In this document: piece by piece, positions 31,139-46,090 of the stretch
Numbering within the stretch: the first letter of the stretch is position 1
Layout: each line of letters starts with the position of its first letter
Source: Spirogloea muscicola
Taxonomy: Eukaryota
Length of the DNA stretch: 56,138 bases
Direction: 5' to 3'
NCBI GenBank assembly: GCA_009602725.1
Contig: WELB01000029.1
Location: 112,326-168,463 of the forward strand
Position numbers and translations under genes: made by a program
The notes under the pieces: model-generated
Database searches by the model: none
Told to the model about the DNA's origin: nothing
What the model saw: the letters and a program-made list of their open reading frames with translations, nothing else

Positions 31139-33629
31139 CTACCAGGGAATCTCCTGGCCGTTCCAAGCAAAGAATCTGCCGCTGTCAGCGAGCTTAAGCC
31201 CGTCGACAATGCCTAGAAGGCGCTCGACCGAGTATGTGGGCGTGAAAAGCTTGCCCTGTGGAACGTTGCGCTGGAATGGCTTGGACAGGCCGGTGTTCAC
31301 CGTGCCGGGGTGCAGCAGCACGAGGATGATGGGCTCGCGGCGCCGCGCGATCTCCACTGCCGCCGTTTTTGTCACTGCGATGTTGAGTGCAGGCAACGCT
31401 GAGAAGGTGCAAGCTTGAGCAAGAGTACACCAGTAGCTGTAATTTCTTATACGTACAATGCATGCCTCTCAACATACTGCCGATTCCTCTCTTGTAGTTC
31501 AGGGACGGCGAACCCACGCTGGTTGAGCGCTGTCTTGGATGCGCGGTAGGCGTACCACCCGCCGAGGGCGTTGTCACCAATGGACCCCACCCTGGCGCTG
31601 AGGTTGGCAACAACTGCACCCGGTCGCCCCAGGCCCCGTCCACCGCCCGCCTTGAGCAGCTTGTGCATGTGCTGCTCTCGCAGTATGACACAATAGTACA
31701 TGATTAACAGGGTCAGCTTCTTCTCACCAATTAGCCACGGGCTGCGAGCTGCAAATACGTGAACAAGGTGCAAGCCTGGCTGCCTCACAGAAAGGTACAG
31801 TCTTTAGAAAATGAGAGGCGTATGTTACTAAGCAGCAGGACAAGCTGTGCAGTGCAAATAGGTGTGCAGTTATGCTTGATAACCCACTGAGATGACGCGT
31901 GACAAGTCCATGGATCTAGCTCAAAGTTGTGATGACGGACCTTGAGGACGAGGATGGGGCCCATTGCATTGACCTGGTAGGTCAGCAAAAGCGCCTCGGG
32001 GTTGACCTTTCCCAAGGAGGTCTCTGTTAGGCAAATCAGTAAACAGTTCAAGTGCAATTCTCAGGCATCGGCGCGTCCAACATGCAGGCCTGACTGCTGC
32101 TTCCAACTTGGCAGCAATTGCCCAGCACACAATATGGGACCGCTTCCTGAGGGTTGACCTTTATTTTCCTACTTTATTTGGCACGTACATCAAAAGTAGC
32201 ACAGCACTCAGAACACAATTTCGGCATTCTAGCACGCTTCTGGAGCAAGAGACATGTGAGCTCAGCACACTGCCTTCAGTGCGATATGTCTGGCATTCCT
32301 CCACACAGTCAAGGCTCTGGAGTACTGCCATAGGCTCAATATCAAGCTTTGCAATTCAGGAATGTGGGACTGACAGGGAGAGGCTTAGAGTGGAGGTTAA
32401 AAGCACCCATCAAAGCCAAGGAGTGTTACACTCCCCATAGGGTTTGGGGTCAAGGGGCTTAAAGTTAGAAATTGTGTTTAAAGGTCAAAGGTCTTGGGTG
32501 AGGAGCCGGGGGTGGAGGACACACCAGGCTGGACCTTCCCGGGAATGTGTAGAATGCCAGCGGTGTTGACGAGGAGGTCCAGGCGGCCATACGCCTCCTC
32601 GACGCGGCTCGCCGCTGCCTGACGCGTGCGGTGCACCGTCAGAGGAGCTTACGAGGCTGCCCTTTCGTCCTGAGATTTTGCAGAGTCTCTACTCGCGGGC
32701 GGCCAACCACGGCAGCGCTGCCTTGCTGCCAGGCTTGGAGGGCAGCCAAGTGATAGAAAGCAAGCTAGCCCAGGTGGGATCAAGCGGAGCTGCTGTAGGT
32801 TGACGGCTTAGAGGTTTGAGGTTTGGAGGGCAGCCAACTGAGAGAAAGCAAGCAAGCGGAGCTGGTGTAAATTGACGGCTCAGGGATTTGGGGCTTAGGA
32901 GTCTGAGGTGTACAGCCCAGAGGCGCCATGATCAGCGGACCTCAGCCCTTAGACTTTAAGCCAACATCGCGCTGTGCACCGTAGCCAACAGCCGCGAGGG
33001 AGGAGAGAGGAGGCGGGCTTAACCCTAAGCCTACACCCAAAGCCCGAAACCCCAAACCCCTTGATTCCTGAACCGTAAAATGCTTGAACCCTTTATAACC
33101 TAAAACCAGAACCCCGCAACCCTCATCCTTAAAACCTTGAACCCGAAAACTAAAGCCTACATTACAGGCCTAACCCCAAGGCCTAAGCCCACACCCTAAA
33201 TTTCTTAATCTTAAACCTGAAACCCATTTCTTAAATCCATACCCGTATTTACAAACCCTCAACCAATAAGTCCCTAATCCTTAAAGCCTACACTCAAGGC
33301 GGCCTCCTCACCGCGATGGTGTCCTCGCGGGTGACGTCGAGCGGGAGCACCGTGAGGCGGCCGCCGCTTGCGTCAGCCAGCCCCCGCAGCTCCAGCGCAC
33401 CGCCGGGGTCGCGGCACGTCGCCACCACGCGGCCCGCCGGCCGCGCCGCCAGCAACTGCCGGGCCTGCGGCGTTGCCATCGCGGCGCCATTGGCGACGGA
33501 GGCGGCCGCCGCTCGTCGCTCGCGGAGCTGCAGGATTCCGTCGGATGCAGGAAGGCGGCCGAAGCTGCGGCGCAGGAGCCCGCCAGCGGCGCCGGCCGCC
33601 GACATCCTCGCCAGCACCGCCGACGCCAT
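31139..33629 (-). CDS. Short-chain dehydrogenase/reductase, C-factor (CsgA)-like; glycine-rich cofactor motif not found
   Basis: Approximate exons 33629-33312, 32618-32525, 32023-31941, 31669-31518, 31374-31139. Motifs VVATCRDP, LPLDVT, LDLLVNTAG, VNAMGP, NLSARVGSIGDN, YRASK (YxxxK), LHPGTVNT, GRFFAWNGQEIPW. Confidence 0.9.
33020..33292. repeat. Long degenerate (CCCTAAA)-like tract in SDR intron 1
   Basis: Runs such as aaccctaagcctacacccaaagcccgaaaccccaaacccc, accctaaa and aaaccctcaa over ~270 bp. Confidence 0.75.
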
Positions 33630-33794
33630 GGCGCGGCAGCCGGCGGGCCGCCCAAGCTGAGGCCTTCTGGGGGCGCGCCTCCTGCTGCTGACCTGCGGTC
33701 ACTGAGCGGGTCAATTTTCATGAGGGTAATGTACGTTATGAGGGTAATTTCCTTAACAGATGTACGTCATGAGATGAGATAAACTCGTCCTGTG

Positions 33795-34410
33795 GAGGGC
33801 GATGGCTGTGATCAGTAAGGAGAAGTGGCTCTCAACTGGGCCAAGGGCTGTGAGAAGCCAGCCCGAAAAGAATCACAAGGTTTGGATTGGCCAGACTGCG
33901 AAGGGGCCAAAAGCGCTAGCTCAGAACTGGTGTAGGATGAACCACTCAATAAGTACGAGTTGAACCACTCAGTAAGTACGTGTGAATGGCCAGCCAAGAA
34001 CAAAGAGAAAGGGCTCGCCCATTGAGGATAGGGGCTGGAAAGGCCAGCCCACAAAAGAATGAACAAAGTACGAGAAGGGGGTCAGGGGAAGCGCTGAGGA
34101 AAACGAGTGACCAAACTTGGAAGGGCCCAGACAAGCGCTAAAGCACACTGCGACTCCAGTGGCACATGGCAATGGACGTCGTCAGATGTGCTTCCATATT
34201 GGCCACTTTGGGCTTCCAATTTACAATATTGGAAGCCCATGCAAGTCCTTGGTCCTGCGGCGTGACCTCTTCCCAACTGCAGTGAGTGCTGCTAACTCGA
34301 GGGTTGTGATCATCCTTCATGGTTCTTGCATGGTGTGGTTTTGGTGCCTTTCGGCCCGTTGGACCTTGTCCCTTTCTTTCTGCTGGCTTTTCACAGCCCC
34401 CGCCCCCTTT
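33795..34410. mobile_element. Cluster of CRE-like 3'-end fragments
   Basis: 34005-34105 closely matches 54760-54860. Hairpins at 33846-33865 and 34033-34050 (-) and 34381-34400 (+). Confidence 0.75.
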
Positions 34411-34972
34411 CCACAGCCCCCGCCCCGCTAACTTGCTGGTGAGTCGCTGCCCCACCTCGGCCACTGATTCCCAATTCCTGACGCAGTGTATTCAGAACCT
34501 CCTGAACCAAAGAGCATGGGTGCGGCCCCCAGCGGTGCAGATGCTAAGCAAGGGCAAGCACTGCGAACCTCACTTCCCAGCGCCGCTCACAGGGCACACG
34601 TTGCTGTTGCTCAGAACCGACTTCTCTGCCCTGCCCTGCTGAACTGTCCGACCAAAGTGGACATGGTGCTTTGTGGACGTACGCAGGGGCCCCGGCACAA
34701 GTGAGCATCGCGCTGCAGTGTAAGGCACTCGGGTTCATAAACTTGCTGCTCACATACTTGTTGAGTGCTGTCCACCCATCATGCGTGCATCAGACTGCAG
34801 TCAAACCTGCCGAATGGTGGCACAATGGCCGCAAGGCAGCCGAGACAATTGTTGACTGCAGCAATGGCAAACACCCCTTCGCAAATGGAGGCAAGTAACC
34901 ATCTGTCCCGGTTCAATTGCGGGCAGTCATTGCAGACCGTATATTACCAGATCGCCCACCACCAGCCCCTAG

Positions 34973-36209
34973 CTAGGGGAGCGCCTGTGCAGGCCGCGCT
35001 GCCGACAGGCCAAGCCGCACCTCCATCACGTGGTGCACGTCAATCTGCGGCGCTGACGGTGACTCCCGTGGGTCTGCACAGGAGCAGGTCAAATGCACCA
35101 GCTCGGGTAGCCGTCACATGGCAGCCATGGTTGCCACACCTATGTCGGAGTCGTACGTGCTACTTTGACTCGCATGTTTGCGTTTTTTGACTAACAAAAT
35201 ATGATGTCTCCGTTTTCTTCTGTGCTTGTTTTTCGGCTCAGTTCATGATATATAGATACATAGGAGCTATGCAATAAGACGCAGCGCTTTTACCATCCAG
35301 GTAGTCTTCAAAGCCAAAGTCGTCGAGCTCTCCAGTCATCGAGCGTAGACCAAGCAGGGACGACGGCAAGCCCGGCAGGCGGCGCACCCTGCACCAAGCA
35401 GGCATGTGAAGGACAGCAGAGCTAGCTTCAGTGGGCGCTTCTGCTGCGGGCCTCGACGCTGCTGACGCTGGCTGATTAGAGGGCCCCCCCCGCGTTGCCA
35501 CGGCCGTCAGGGGCCTTGTTGCAGGCGGCGAGCCCCAGCCAGAGAGCAACACCGCACAAAGTGACCAAGTACGAGCTTACTGTGTCAGAAGGGTTTTGTA
35601 TATGAAGGAATACATAATGAACACTACATGCAGGCACTGAGACAAAAGCACGTCAAGCTTGCTGATGTAGGAGTCGAATAGTCGACAACAGACGGTCAGG
35701 CCAAGAGTCAAGGGCCTGTATTGCGAGCTCCGACCGAGCAAGGATCTGGGCGTCGATGGCCATGCGCGACGGCAGCGCCAGCCCGTAGCTCTGCTCCAGT
35801 AGCATGCGCTGCGTCTCGGTCTCGCGACGCCCCGCCTGGCAGCGGCACAAGCGAGCGCGACCACGGCAGTGTGGGTAAGAGGCAAAAGTGGTGCGGCTCA
35901 CGGGTATAGCACAGCATCGCAGGTAAAGGCGTGCGAGGCTGGCGGCTCACGCTCTCGAGGATGGCCTCGACGGCGTGCGCGGGCAGCGCGTCTTGCTTCA
36001 GCGCCGGCAGGCCGTGGCGCAGCGCGTCGTGCGGAGCGCTGAGGTGCGGTAGCGACGGGCCGGCCCCTGCGCCGCCGTCCTGCGGCGGCGCAGCGGCGGC
36101 GGCGGGACCTCAGCGCCCGAGGCGCGCTGGAGGAGCGTGCAACGTGGCTTGGCCACTGGCGGCGGCAGCGGCGGCGGCGGGGAGCGACGACGCCCTGATC
36201 GTTCACCAT
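34973..36209 (-). CDS. UMP1: Proteasome maturation factor UMP1/POMP
   Basis: Exons: ATG only (36209-36207), 36079-35951, 35835-35735, 35388-35293, 35074-34973. They give HDALRHGL..AHAVE..YGLALPSRMAIDAQILARVRRLPGLPSSLLGL..GELDDFGFEDYLDDPRES..DVHHVMEVRLGL. Confidence 0.92.
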
Positions 36210-36262
36210 GGTCGCAACCGAGCGTCGTGCCACCGACGGGCCTCCCGGGAGCGGCGCGACGG

Positions 36263-36294
<32 letters not shown>

Positions 36295-36487
36295 AGTGAG
36301 CCGTGGTCAACTGAGGGCCAGCAGCGGCGGCGGGGCGGGCCGTGCGGCGCGTCCGGCGGCGGAGAAAGCGGCGCGCGGCGCGGCGACGGAGGGGGGAGGG
36401 CGAGCTAGGGTTCAGGGTTTCAAAGCACCCACCGGAGACCAAACCCTAGACAACCCCGGTCTCCGCGCCGCCGCCGCCGCCGCCGCC
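36210..36487. promoter_or_regulatory. Compact divergent promoter between UMP1 and CDKAL1 containing a telo-box (AAACCCTA, 36441-36448)
   Basis: Start codons are separated by 278 bp, head-to-head. Exact telo-box plus 'tagggttcagggtttc' at ~36406. Confidence 0.6.
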
Positions 36488-39725
<3,238 letters not shown>

Positions 39726-41718
39726 TGGCAGCCCAGGGAGGCTGCGGCGCTGTCCAAGCGCTCAATGCTTGGCCGCCCAAGCAGCGACTGCTGCAGCAAG
39801 GCTTCAAGGGCCACCAGTATTGCCGCCCACTGCCTACCCCACCTTCGTGTAAGATGCGTGATGGACAGACATCCGCAGTTCGACCTTGTCAGCGGCCGCC
39901 CCCTGGCCATTGTGCCATGCACTACACGGCCAGGTATTGAATCAAGAATAAGTTAGTTTCTGCTCCACTTTCTGGTGGTCTGTGCAACAGGCCTACCACC
40001 GTCTCCCTTCCTCAGCAACGATGTCTCTTCTTTTGGTGCTCGTTGCGTGGTACAGGTCAGCAAGAGAATTCCATAGGCGAGCATCGGTCGTGCTGTGAGC
40101 TTGCTTTCCAGCAACTCCACAAGCCATACCACCTTGTAACTCCAAGCGTCCAGATGCGGTCCTTGGACTCAAAACTTCAAGTGCATTTTGCGTAAATCCG
40201 GCACGTTAGTGACTGAACCCTTTAAACGGGGCTACCTCTTCAGATGCAAACTCTTGCATGTAAGTTCTTTGTCGTCAAATCCACTGTCTCAAGCCCTGAA
40301 GTCTGATTTCCCACGACAGCTGGCGAGATTGAAGTGGAGCAGGGCTAGCTTGCATAGCCTTAGTGTGTGCTCGGGTGGCCTCCTCCTGGTCGTCAATGGT
40401 CTGGATCATCACGGGCTTTGAAGAGCGGATATCCGAATGTGGATAGTGAGGCCCAAGTCCCACAGAGCGCTCTCCTCCAGAAAGGGCAGCGGCTGGACTC
40501 TCAGATTTCCTTCTACTCTGCAACTTTTGCCCACTTCCTTCCAGCTGGCTCCACAAAGCCACTGCTTGCCTTTGTACGTGGCCACAAAGGCCCTCCATCA
40601 CTTCATTCAACGCTCCGCTTCCACTGCCTCGTAAGAACGAACAAGCTCTTCCGATGTAAGGCAGTGGCTGCGAGAGGCCAGCCCAACAGAATAGTCGTCT
40701 GAAGGTCTGAAGGGGAGCCAGGCTCGCCCCTGTAAGGGGCAAAGGCTCTCGGTGCCGCAATGACACTCACCAGTGTGGAACCACACTAATGAACAAAGAA
40801 GAGTTCCACAAAGCAAGCATCGCGAGGAGGAGGGGTGGACCAACCCTGTGATCTGGCCGAAATTATGTACTAAGCAGAGCAGTGCTGGAACATGAGAGCC
40901 CACTTGCTCCCCTGTGAAGACATTGGCAGCACAGATTGATTCTCTCAGATGTAGCCAGGGCTGCCATGCGACCTGTAAGCACTTGCCGACGAGCAAGCAG
41001 CCATTACAGGGGTACTGGGAAGTGCCTTGAATCTCGTATGTATGCAGATTCGCTCGTGGCAACCATAACATCTACTCTACTAGCACACCCAAGTCGAGAG
41101 TAGCACAACGGTCTGCCTGGCCGCACACGGAGGCCGGATTAGCCCAGACTCCGCCTGACCGGACCCAAAGGCCGATCCAGTACAGGCTCCGCCTTGCCGC
41201 ACACAGAGCCGCACCCTCGGTGAGTTGCAGCCATAGCTAGGGCGCACCAGAGCGGCGCGGTCGCGTCAAGAATAAGCGCAATGTGCTGGGGCATCCCTTC
41301 GACAGGAAGGCTCCCACGGCCCACTAGGCAGAGTCAGATGGTCACTCAGCCCAATCCGCTTGTTCACCACATTACAACATTTTATTATGGCTAGGCCCCT
41401 CCCAAAAGCTTCGTGCAGGTCTGCAGTAGGTGAGCGAAGAACAATTAGTTGAAGTTAATCTTTCCTATTAGTCTCCCTGGACCTTTGTATTCTATAGACG
41501 ATGCTCCGGCAACACCGCTGGCTCTGTGGCCCTGAAGCTGTATGGAGAGTCATCAACCTAGGTACCACCTACAACTCACTCCAGCAAAGCCATTTTGTTT
41601 GCAAAGCCCCGTCGTCGAAGTCGGGGCAAATGCTCCAAGCCTGCAAACTTCTGGTGGGATTCGAGGAATTCTGAGGTCAAACTTTGTAAGACTTTCTCAA
41701 AGAGTCTCATGGGTCCAG

Positions 41719-42226
41719 AGATTCTGTATGTAACACAGACATAGTGTAGACAATGAGATGATGCTTGGTCTTCGGACCTCCAGTGCCTATTACTTATTCT
41801 GCAACAGATCTGCCGTTGTTTTGGTGTCATCATATACTAACAGGGAGGCAGCTTGGAAGGAGCTGTAGCACATATAAGCACTCGGTAAGGCTTGCCATAA
41901 GCTCAGGCAGACTCATGTAAAGAGCACCTTGTGCCTCGCTGCTGGCAGCAACAGATTCATGCCTGTCGCTCTGCAGATTCTGTATGTAATACAGGCATAG
42001 TGTAGACAATGGGATGATGCTTGGTCTTCAGACCTCCAGTGCCTATTACTTATTCTGCAACAGATCTGCTGTTGTTTGGTGTCATCATTTACTAACAGGG
42101 AGGCAGCTTGGAAGGAGCTGTAGCACATAATAAGCACTCGGTAAGGCTTGCCGTAAGCTCAGGCAGACTATAGCACCTTGTGCCTCGCTGCTGGCAGCAA
42201 CAGATTCATGCCTGTCGCTCTGCAGC
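41719..42226. repeat. Local tandem duplication, two copies of ~250 bp
   Basis: 'agattctgtatgtaa..gcctgtcgctctgcag' starts at 41719 and again at 41975, with scattered substitutions and small indels. Confidence 0.92.
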
Positions 42227-42651
42227 TGAGTGAATGGTTGAAGAATATCAGATACAAAATTTAAATGAGAGCAAAGCCGATTGTGGAATCCTGCTGAGCT
42301 GTATTGTCAGCGTCCCACGCTGCTGGCCGGGTTCAGGACGGCGCTTCGCCAGTCTCTCCCCGAGCGTGAGCGAGCACCCACTTCGGCAACGTACTAGGAG
42401 TTGTGCATGGCAAAGTCAGAGGGCAACGCAGCAAGGAGGTGGCCCTCATAACCCAGCGGCGAAGAAAGCCCGCTTGCAATGCCGCTGCCGCCGCCAGCGC
42501 CCAGTAAAGAATTGCTGCAAGGAGCCCAGGCAGCAAGTAGGCAGGAATCAGCTGTGCATCGACTTGGCCATTTAATTGAGCAGCCGTGACCACCACATTG
42601 TGCAGCGGCGTTGGCAGGACGACCATATCGTGGCAGAGGCAAGGTGGCCAA

Positions 42652-42897
42652 CTACCTTCGGATGCCAGGCGGCGGGTGGTGGTGGCCCATTGGTGAAGCA
42701 AGAGGAGGTTGTGGTAGGGCAAAGTGGAGGCCAGCACCACCGCCAGCAGGCGAGTAGGGGAGGTCCAGTGATCGCCGCTCTCCGAAGGCCATGGCCAGAT
42801 CGCCGTCCGAGAGGTGCAGCGGTGGCAGCGACGAAGGCAGCGGCGCGAGTGCCGTGCCCAGCGGCAGTTGCCCTACTGGGCCGAGCTGCTGCTGGAA

Positions 42898-42993
<96 letters not shown>

Positions 42994-44105
42994 CGCCTGG
43001 ATGTCCTGCAGGCCTGCCAGCTCCTTGCGCAGGACCTCATTCAACGCTGCAGGTGGAGGTGGGCGGATACTGGCTGTGCTGTCAGCAATATCCTCGTTTG
43101 ACTTACGGTGATTCTTCAACAGCCACAGGGACAAGCTGCCAGCACCATCATTGCCAGTGACATTTGTGAATGCAGTTGTTGATGAGAGCTGCAGAAAGAT
43201 GATGACTGCCTCCCATGACTGCGCCATTTGTGGAAGAAGCAGTAAGGAGGGTCTCATAGGGAGAAAACATGAGAGGCGCGTGGACGGGGATAAATTAGGG
43301 GGGGGGGAAAGAGAGAGAGAGAGAGAGGGAGGGAGGGGGGGAGGGTGGGCGAGGAGGATAGGGAACTGGAGAAGGGCAAAGGTAAGAGGGGGGTAGAGTA
43401 AAGCAAGACAAGATTGTGAGGGTTACTTACAGTCCTTGAAGCACGTGTTCTGAGTCACGCTTGTCAGCCGCTGCTTAAGGAAGCCATTCTCGGCCCCTAA
43501 CGACGCGCGCTGACGATCGAGGAAGAGCACCTGTGGCGTAAGTGCCGCGATCTCTTGCTGCACGAAGTCCACGGCTGGAGCTATTGTCAAGGCTTGACCA
43601 CGTCAGCGACAAGCTCAACGGCAGCAATGTGGCCGCCAACGAATGGTCTCTGGCGGGTACCGAGCTTGGCACTGTGCCCACCTGGAGCAGGTTGACGCGC
43701 TTCTCAAGCTCCGAGATATACTGCAGCTTGCGAACGCGCGAGCGCTGTGCAGACTGCCGGTTGGCCAGTATCCTGCATCGCCGCCTCCCCGCCAGCGTCA
43801 GGCTGTCAGACCAGCAGCGCTTGATCTTTGCCACCAGCAGTAGCTGCCACCGCCCAGCTGCCTTGTGTGCATCTAGCAGCGCAACAACCAGCGCCCCAGG
43901 AGGATGGAGGGAAGGGGCGCCATTGGGCGCACCGCTTGGCGCGTTTGGGATCCTGGAGTGGGTCAAGCTGGTCCAGCGCCTGAGCGTCCTCGTCAAGCGC
44001 GTCGCCGTCGTCCTCCCAGTGCAGGTCGCCGTCGGGGTCAGCGCCGGCCTTGCCGGCAATTCCTACATAGAAGCCCGGGGCCTGGCTGCCGCTGAGGGCC
44101 TCCAT
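42652..44105 (-). CDS. bZIP transcription factor, group E (bZIP34/61-like), with polyglutamine; 5' end unresolved
   Basis: DPKRAKR|ILANRQSAQRSRVRKLQYISELEKRVNLLQ|QEIAALTPQVLFLDRQRASLGAENGFLKQRL..FKD|SLNEVLRKELAGL-polyQ across GT-AG introns. Confidence 0.88.
42900..42992 (-). repeat. (CAG)n polyglutamine tract in the bZIP
   Basis: (CTG)n on the + strand, with one interruption. Confidence 0.95.
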
Positions 44106-45529
44106 TGCAGTCCCCTCAGGCACGGAGCCGTGCTGGGGCGCGGCGGCAGCCGGGCGAGCGCCTCATGGACCACCTCTTCCTCTTCCACGGCTCCTGCCGC
44201 CTTGCCGACGCTGAGCAGGAGTCGAGGCAGGCTCTGCCTCCTCCGCTGGCTGGCACTATGGCCAGACGGCCCGTTTGCGCAAGTCTGGCTGCCACGCTAT
44301 CCCGTTGAGCGTAGCACCTCTCCCATGGGCGCAGTGCTGCTGAGTGATGGCGGCCGCACGCAGCAGCGGCGGCGACGGGCTGTAGGCCTGGCTCCGCTTG
44401 GAAAGGCAGGGCGCACCAGGGATGGGAGGTCTTGGCGCGGTCCGCGGGAAGGAGGGGCGGGGTGCGGAGAGAGAGAGAGAGTGGGGGAGAGAGGGGGAGG
44501 GGAAGAGGGAGAGGGGGAGNNNNNNNNNNNNNNNNNNNNNNNNNNNNNNNNNNNNNNNNNNNNNNNNNNNNNNNNNNNNNNNNNNNNNNNNNNNNNNNNN
44601 NNNNNNNNNNNNNNNNNNNNNNNNNNNNNNNNNNNNNNNNNNNNNNNNNNNNNNNNNNNNNNNNNNNNNNNNNNNNNNNNNNNNNNNNNNNNNNNNNNNN
44701 NNNNNNNNNNNNNNNNNNNNNNNNNNNNNNNNNNNNNNNNNNNNNNNNNNNNNNNNNNNNNNNNNNNNNNNNNNNNNNNNNNNNNNNNNNNNNNNNNNNN
44801 NNNNNNNNNNNNNGGGAGCTGGCTCTGACTTGTGGGCGCCCGGGTCGGAAGGGGGGGGGGAGGTGCGAAGGCCGCGGAGGAGCTCCGGGCTGGGGGCCGC
44901 GCAGGCATGCAGCGACGGCGAGCTGTCACCGGGGAGGAGGGGGGAAAGGAGGGAGGGCGGGCGGCGGGGTGGGCCCGGGGCCCCGTTTCCGGAGGCGGGG
45001 GAGGATTCGGCCACGGATTGCTGCCGTGCCTGGCTGCCGGGGGTGCGCTCTGGGGCATACCAGGCGCCGGCGGGGATACCCCATGAACAGGGGCCCCGGG
45101 AGCCCGGGCGCCGGCTGGCTGCCAGCCCGGCTTCCGGCCGGGCCCACCCCGCCACCCCCCATTCTCCCTGTGGCCCCCTTGGGCTCAGGACCTAAAGCTT
45201 CTCTCTCTCCCACCCTATCGCGCGAGCGCTCTCTGTACCTTCTTTCTCTGTACCTTCGCAGCTAGGAAGAAAGTGGCTCCACCAGTGAGGGCGAACAGCC
45301 AGCCCGTCAAGTATTGACAAGGTCCGAAGAAGGGGCCGAGAACGCTTACCGGAAAACCTTCAGACCTTGTCCATTCCTTTGGGCTGGCCTCTCCCAGCCA
45401 CCACTTAATCTGGCCGCGCTTGCTTTCTGGAGGCTCCTCTTTCTTTGGCTTTGGACATTGTCCATTCTTTGGCTTTGCCAGCTCTTCTCTATGGGCGAGC
45501 ACTTTCTTCCACCTCTCTCTCCTCCTTGA

Positions 45530-46090
45530 CCACTGACCCATACGTCTGCTCACACCCTACCCAATGTGCCATCAAGGCTGGGTATGCTGTCGCCTGCGCC
45601 GCTCGTGCCAAGGAGCTCAAGTATGCTGATCACCCACGGGAGGACGAGTTCTTCCCGCTGGCTATCGACACACATGGGGCGTTGGGTGCTCGGTGGCTCG
45701 AGCTGCTCAACCAGCTCGCACGCCACGCCATCATCCGCCGCTTCCACGGGGAGCCAGTAGACTTTCCTGCAGCCGGGTTCGCTAGCGCAGGTGTACCGTA
45801 TGCGCTTGGCCGTCTCGCTGCAGAGGTCTATGCCCCGCGCTGCACCTGCGTGCCGGCAGAGCCCTCGCTGCTGCCTCTGGCTCTGGCCAGGGGACCCGCT
45901 TCCAGGAGCCCAGCTTCTCTGACCTGAGGTTGCTTAGAAGAGGTTACTGAGTGCTTTGTAGCTGCTTTCTTTCTTTTTGTGCTTGTTTTCTTAGCGCTTC
46001 CCCTGGCCCCATTCTCGTACTTCATTCATTCTTTTTTGGGCTGGCTTTTCCGGCCCCTATCCTCAATGGGCGGCCCCTTCTTCTCTCCAC
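45530..46090 (+). mobile_element. 5'-truncated CRE-like copy (RLE C-terminus and 3' UTR), frameshifted
   Basis: CAIKAGYAVACAARAKELKYADHPREDEFFPLAIDTHGALGARWLELLNQLARHAI; inverted counterpart at 54755-55320. Confidence 0.85.

Noticed and set aside
45381..45402. Histone 3' stem-loop identity for the dispersed hairpin
   Set aside because: It superficially resembles GGCTCTTTTCAGAGCCAC, but the loop is 7-8 nt and variable and no histone ORF is adjacent.
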